In this document: piece by piece, positions 60,496-64,000 of the stretch
Layout: each line of letters starts with the position of its first letter
How positions within the stretch are numbered: the first letter of the stretch is position 1
NCBI RefSeq assembly: GCF_000328665.1
Contig: NC_019977.1
Coordinates: forward strand, 62,001 to 126,000
Direction: 5' to 3'
DNA: 64,000 nucleotides
Source: Methanomethylovorans hollandica DSM 15978
GTDB taxonomy: Archaea; Halobacteriota; Methanosarcinia; Methanosarcinales; Methanosarcinaceae
Program-made: the position numbers and the translations under genes
Notes under the pieces: model-generated
The model's input: the letters and a program-made list of their open reading frames with translations, nothing else
Databases searched by the model: none
Told to the model about the DNA's origin: nothing

Positions 60496-60635
60496 AAGAA
60501 GACTACATAAAGGTTTTGATGTGCAAGATTCTTATCATCCTTTTAAAGGAAATATGAGTATATATCTAGCAAATAATGATCTTTAGAATAACATCTTCAG
60601 GCTACAAAAATAGAGGATAGGGATTAAACCCTATC

Positions 60636-61076
60636 TTATTCTTCAGAAATAGTGACCTTTTTCATCACATCTTTTGGTTTTATTTTATTGACTACGTCCA
60701 TGCCCTCAATTACCTGACCAAATACTGTATGAACTCCATCAAGGTGAGGCTGGGGCGAGTGAGTGATAAAGAACTGGCTGCCACCTGTGTCCTTACCGGC
60801 ATGTGCCATTGAAATAGCTCCTTTGCCATGTTTGCGGGGATTGCCTTTTGTCTCGCATTTGATAGTGTAACCGGGGCCACCTGTGCCATCTCCTTTTGGG
60901 CATCCTCCCTGGATGACGAAGTTAGGGATAACCCTGTGGAATGTCAATCCGTCATAGAACCCCTGTTTTATGAGCTTTTCAAAGTTTGCCACAGTTTTAG
61001 GGGCATCCTTTTCGAACAGTTCCAGTACGATATTACCTTTCTCGGTCTCAATGATAGCTTTCTTCATTATTCCCAC
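60636..61076 (-). CDS. Cyclophilin-type peptidyl-prolyl isomerase
   Basis: [44 protein letters not shown]. Confidence 0.95.
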   Translation of the reverse strand: MGIMKKAIIETEKGNIVLELFEKDAPKTVANFEKLIKQGFYDGLTFHRVIPNFVIQGGCPKGDGTGGPGYTIKCETKGNPRKHGKGAISMAHAGKDTGGSQFFITHSPQPHLDGVHTVFGQVIEGMDVVNKIKPKDVMKKVTISEE

Positions 61077-61150
61077 CTTATTTCATCTGGTTAAAGGATG
61101 GGATCGATTTAAGGGTTTCTCTATACCCACCTTTCCAGCAAATTCTATCT

Positions 61151-62608
61151 CTAACCAACCGTTGTATTTAGTTCGTTGTGCGTAATGTGCAAATAAGTAA
61201 GTATACCGCTTCCGGCATCATAGTTCAGTGTAAGGGCGGATTTACTAAGATCTACATGCTTATACTGTCCTCCCAGATAGAACACAAAAGGTCCGTTCAT
61301 TGCCATGAGTTTCATATAATGCTGCGTCACGTCGTTGACAGACTGGATCTCTCCTTTTGAAATTGTGAGATTTGGGGTCACAGTGGTAGAGCTGATCTCA
61401 TCCCATGAAAACTCGGTGTCTTTTGTGTCATATTTCAATCTGTAGGCGCCACTTACAAGATCAACGGTAGTGTTTGCCTTCTTATTATTATTTGCACTTG
61501 TGTTAACTCTAATTTCATCTATACCTGTCCATATTTCTTCCTTGTCCACAGATGCATCTTTGTAAGTCACAGTTATGAAAAGCTTATCTTTCTTTTTTAG
61601 CTCGTACCAGAAGGTCTTTGTACCTGACGTCGCAGTAAAGGTCATACCTGCCGGATTGAAATCTGCAGCATCATTTCCAGTGTTTTCCAGGAAGAATTCT
61701 AAATCGTAGATAGGTTCAGGATTAGATTGGTTCAGTTTTCCTACTTTGAACGAAGAACGCACCAATTGAAATGTACCCATCTGCGGCTTTGTATCTAGTT
61801 CTATTACAGCTGTCTGGTTCCTATGATCCAACATCACGGTGGTAGATGTGAGCGTTTGAGCATACTCTGCCCATACTTCATAAAACTCACTGTTGATGTA
61901 TATGATCAATTTATCGCAACTAAGCGGATTGACAAAATTGCTATTTATGCTGGTATTGGGGTAAAGGATAGCTGGAATGTTCGATGATCTTATGTTTATG
62001 TTAGCGTCCGTTCTCCCGGAAAGGGTGGTATTTCCATTGATCTTCATTATCGGAAGGTTAAGTGTCTCACCGTTATAATGGAACTCAGGAGGTGAAACCA
62101 TTGTAGTTCCTCCCCCAGGATACTTGGACCAGACACCTCCTCCCTCGTAGGCGATTGATCTATCTCCGGAATTGTACTGCACTTTTCCCATTGGTGTCAT
62201 AAAACCTGTAAAATCAGGTTCATGTTGGTAGCTTTCCCATGCATTCCACACTCCACGGCGTTGATAGAAACTATCATGCCAGGAGGAGTTCTCAGACAAG
62301 CTTATGATCATGATCCTGCTCTCTTTATAAGATCCAACATCTCCCAAAACCTTCAAATTGCCCCCCATCATGGAAAATTTCGTATTCTGCGTAGGTGATT
62401 CTCCCAGAGCTGTCTTACTGGTCCTCGAGTCGAATACGGTAAATGCCTGTTCCATCTTCTGGGACTTTGCCATATCCTGCATATCGGTAATTGCAGGAGT
62501 CATGTACAGGAGCATTATTCCTATGGACGCTAGAGTGATGGTAAGCAATATTGCAACATCAATAACCGATGAAACAGCTATTCCATCTTCTAACACATCA
62601 TTTTTCAT
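61151..62608 (-). CDS. Large pilin-like class III signal peptide protein
   Basis: GIA|VSSVI followed by a hydrophobic helix; IAYEGGGVW, SPPEFHY..TL.LP, YLHITHN. Confidence 0.72.
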   Translation of the reverse strand: MKNDVLEDGIAVSSVIDVAILLTITLASIGIMLLYMTPAITDMQDMAKSQKMEQAFTVFDSRTSKTALGESPTQNTKFSMMGGNLKVLGDVGSYKESRIMIISLSENSSWHDSFYQRRGVWNAWESYQHEPDFTGFMTPMGKVQYNSGDRSIAYEGGGVWSKYPGGGTTMVSPPEFHYNGETLNLPIMKINGNTTLSGRTDANINIRSSNIPAILYPNTSINSNFVNPLSCDKLIIYINSEFYEVWAEYAQTLTSTTVMLDHRNQTAVIELDTKPQMGTFQLVRSSFKVGKLNQSNPEPIYDLEFFLENTGNDAADFNPAGMTFTATSGTKTFWYELKKKDKLFITVTYKDASVDKEEIWTGIDEIRVNTSANNNKKANTTVDLVSGAYRLKYDTKDTEFSWDEISSTTVTPNLTISKGEIQSVNDVTQHYMKLMAMNGPFVFYLGGQYKHVDLSKSALTLNYDAGSGILTYLHITHNELNTTVG

Positions 62609-62625
62609 GTTCCCCTTCCTTTTCC

Positions 62626-63402
62626 TTAGTCAATTCTTACATCCATGGGTGAATCGATTATGAATAAATCTATATTTTCTTGATAATTCCTGTATGCATA
62701 TACAGTGTTGTTGGAAGTATCAACTCTTGCTATCTGCATGTGCATGGTTTCGTGCAGGTACCTTTCCCATGCTTTGTAGAAGTCGCTGGTCAGTGTCAAG
62801 TTAACCTGGGAAACATTCTCATAATTATGGATCGTTTTTTTTCCACCATCTGCAGTAACGCGCTCAATTCCTTTTCCGGATGCTGAAGTTGTCCCAAACA
62901 GAGTTATAATGGGTATTATAAGCACATTGTTCTCAAAGATAAAACCTGGCTGGGACACCATTACAGCATTTTCTCCGTGGTATTTTGCCCAGACTCCAGC
63001 ATTTTCATAAGATATCAATGTACCACCTGATGAGTACTCTATTGTCCTCATTTGCTTCTCAAAATACCGTGGCTCGAAAGAAGGAGGTGTTGCTGAATAA
63101 TTCCATTCCTTAACAATTAATTCAATGCTGCTGTCTCCGGTTACAGATAGAGAACCCCCCTGCATCTTTAGTTCAACAGATTGAGAAGGAGCCATATCCA
63201 ATACAACCTTATTAATATTCAATGCAAGTATCTCAAAACCTTGCCTGATATTCTTGGTATGCTGTGTTTCCTGCATGTGCTCAAGAAGGGGAACAGCACC
63301 TACAATGACGATTGCCATTGCAAGAATTATGAGACTTAAAACAATGCCAAAATCCACCATTTCAGATACTGCATCATCGGATCTTCTAAAGCTTCCTTTC
63401 AT
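62626..63402 (-). CDS. Pilin-like class III signal peptide protein
   Basis: DDA|VSEMVDF; paralogue of 3205-3771. Confidence 0.75.
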   Translation of the reverse strand: MKGSFRRSDDAVSEMVDFGIVLSLIILAMAIVIVGAVPLLEHMQETQHTKNIRQGFEILALNINKVVLDMAPSQSVELKMQGGSLSVTGDSSIELIVKEWNYSATPPSFEPRYFEKQMRTIEYSSGGTLISYENAGVWAKYHGENAVMVSQPGFIFENNVLIIPIITLFGTTSASGKGIERVTADGGKKTIHNYENVSQVNLTLTSDFYKAWERYLHETMHMQIARVDTSNNTVYAYRNYQENIDLFIIDSPMDVRID

Positions 63403-63420
63403 TTTCTAAGCCTTCCTTAC

Positions 63421-63894
63421 TCAATCTATGCGTATCATATTCGAATCTTGATCATAGTACAGCCTGAAATTATCTGAATTGCTATACACTATTCCAGAGG
63501 CAACATTGGTATTCAATGCAACATAGGGTACCTTAACTCTTGTCTCATGCCTGCCTTCGGATTCAAATATGATCTCCGATGTTTGGTTTGATATTTTTAC
63601 GGAATATTGTTTGTCTGCAATTTTATCAGGCATAATTAACTTATAATCGATGCTTCTAATTTTTCCTCCCGATGTTTGCATTATCTGGACCGCTGTATCC
63701 ATGTTTGCTATCTGTAATGCTATCTCATTTCCATGTATCTCAAATTCATCTCTCATGGCAGTTTCTCTTGCTCTGTCAAGCATTGTGAAAATAGAACCTA
63801 TCAGAACGCTCATGCAGATAACTGTTATAGTGAAGGTCAATATGAATCCGACAGACATCGATACTGCCCTTTCATCATGAATAAATCCCTGCAT
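63421..63894 (-). CDS. Pilin-like class III signal peptide protein
   Basis: DERA|VSMSVGFILTF; paralogue of 3773-4243. Confidence 0.75.
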   Translation of the reverse strand: MQGFIHDERAVSMSVGFILTFTITVICMSVLIGSIFTMLDRARETAMRDEFEIHGNEIALQIANMDTAVQIMQTSGGKIRSIDYKLIMPDKIADKQYSVKISNQTSEIIFESEGRHETRVKVPYVALNTNVASGIVYSNSDNFRLYYDQDSNMIRID

Positions 63895-64000
63895 TATATC
63901 TGATCCCCTGGTAGTATTATTGGAATTGTCGCATTCGTTTTCACATTTCCTCTTTTATTCATTACCAAGGTGCAGTTCATGACCTTAAGTCTCTCGATTT
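63894..64000 (-). CDS. C-terminus of an upstream pilin-operon gene (partial)
   Basis: ...IERLKVMNCTLVMNKRGNVKTNATIPIILPGDQI*; resembles the end of 4240-5127 (SYPIPVPGG); stop overlaps the next ATG. Confidence 0.6.
   Translation of the reverse strand, partial: IERLKVMNCTLVMNKRGNVKTNATIPIILPGDQI

Noticed and set aside
1..64000. CRISPR array or cas genes
   Set aside because: No regularly spaced 25-40 bp repeats with unique spacers were seen; TnpB is the only Cas12-related protein and sits within IS ends

Overview
Chromosomal segment of a methanogenic archaeon, most likely Methanosarcinaceae. This is inferred from the archaeal TBP, archaeal-type MAT, intron-containing tRNA-Tyr and disaggregatase-like surface protein; the species cannot be fixed from sequence alone. 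Core content: a partial Rad3/XPD helicase, mre11-rad50-orf-smc-scpA-scpB-tbp-aglJ, a thiC-family gene, hisGAB, mat, ychF, ribK-ribB, a cyclophilin and four tRNAs (Tyr with intron, Asp, Arg, Pro). Accessory content: two paralogous class-III-signal (pilin-like) operons, one decaying and cut by a solo tnpB element; IS1 and IS5-like remnants; a candidate cobamide salvage/remodelling trio; a coupled radical SAM-DUF4130-MutS-like operon; and a tRNA-bounded AT-rich tract holding two large repeat surface proteins, two pseudogenes and a CysRS paralogue with a rewired active site. Best candidates for undescribed biology: the CysRS paralogue, the radical SAM/MutS operon, a ScpB with a fused solute-binding-like domain, and the CbiZ/TIM-barrel/ArsR module. 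No CRISPR array or rRNA was seen. All family calls are by eye; no database searches were run.
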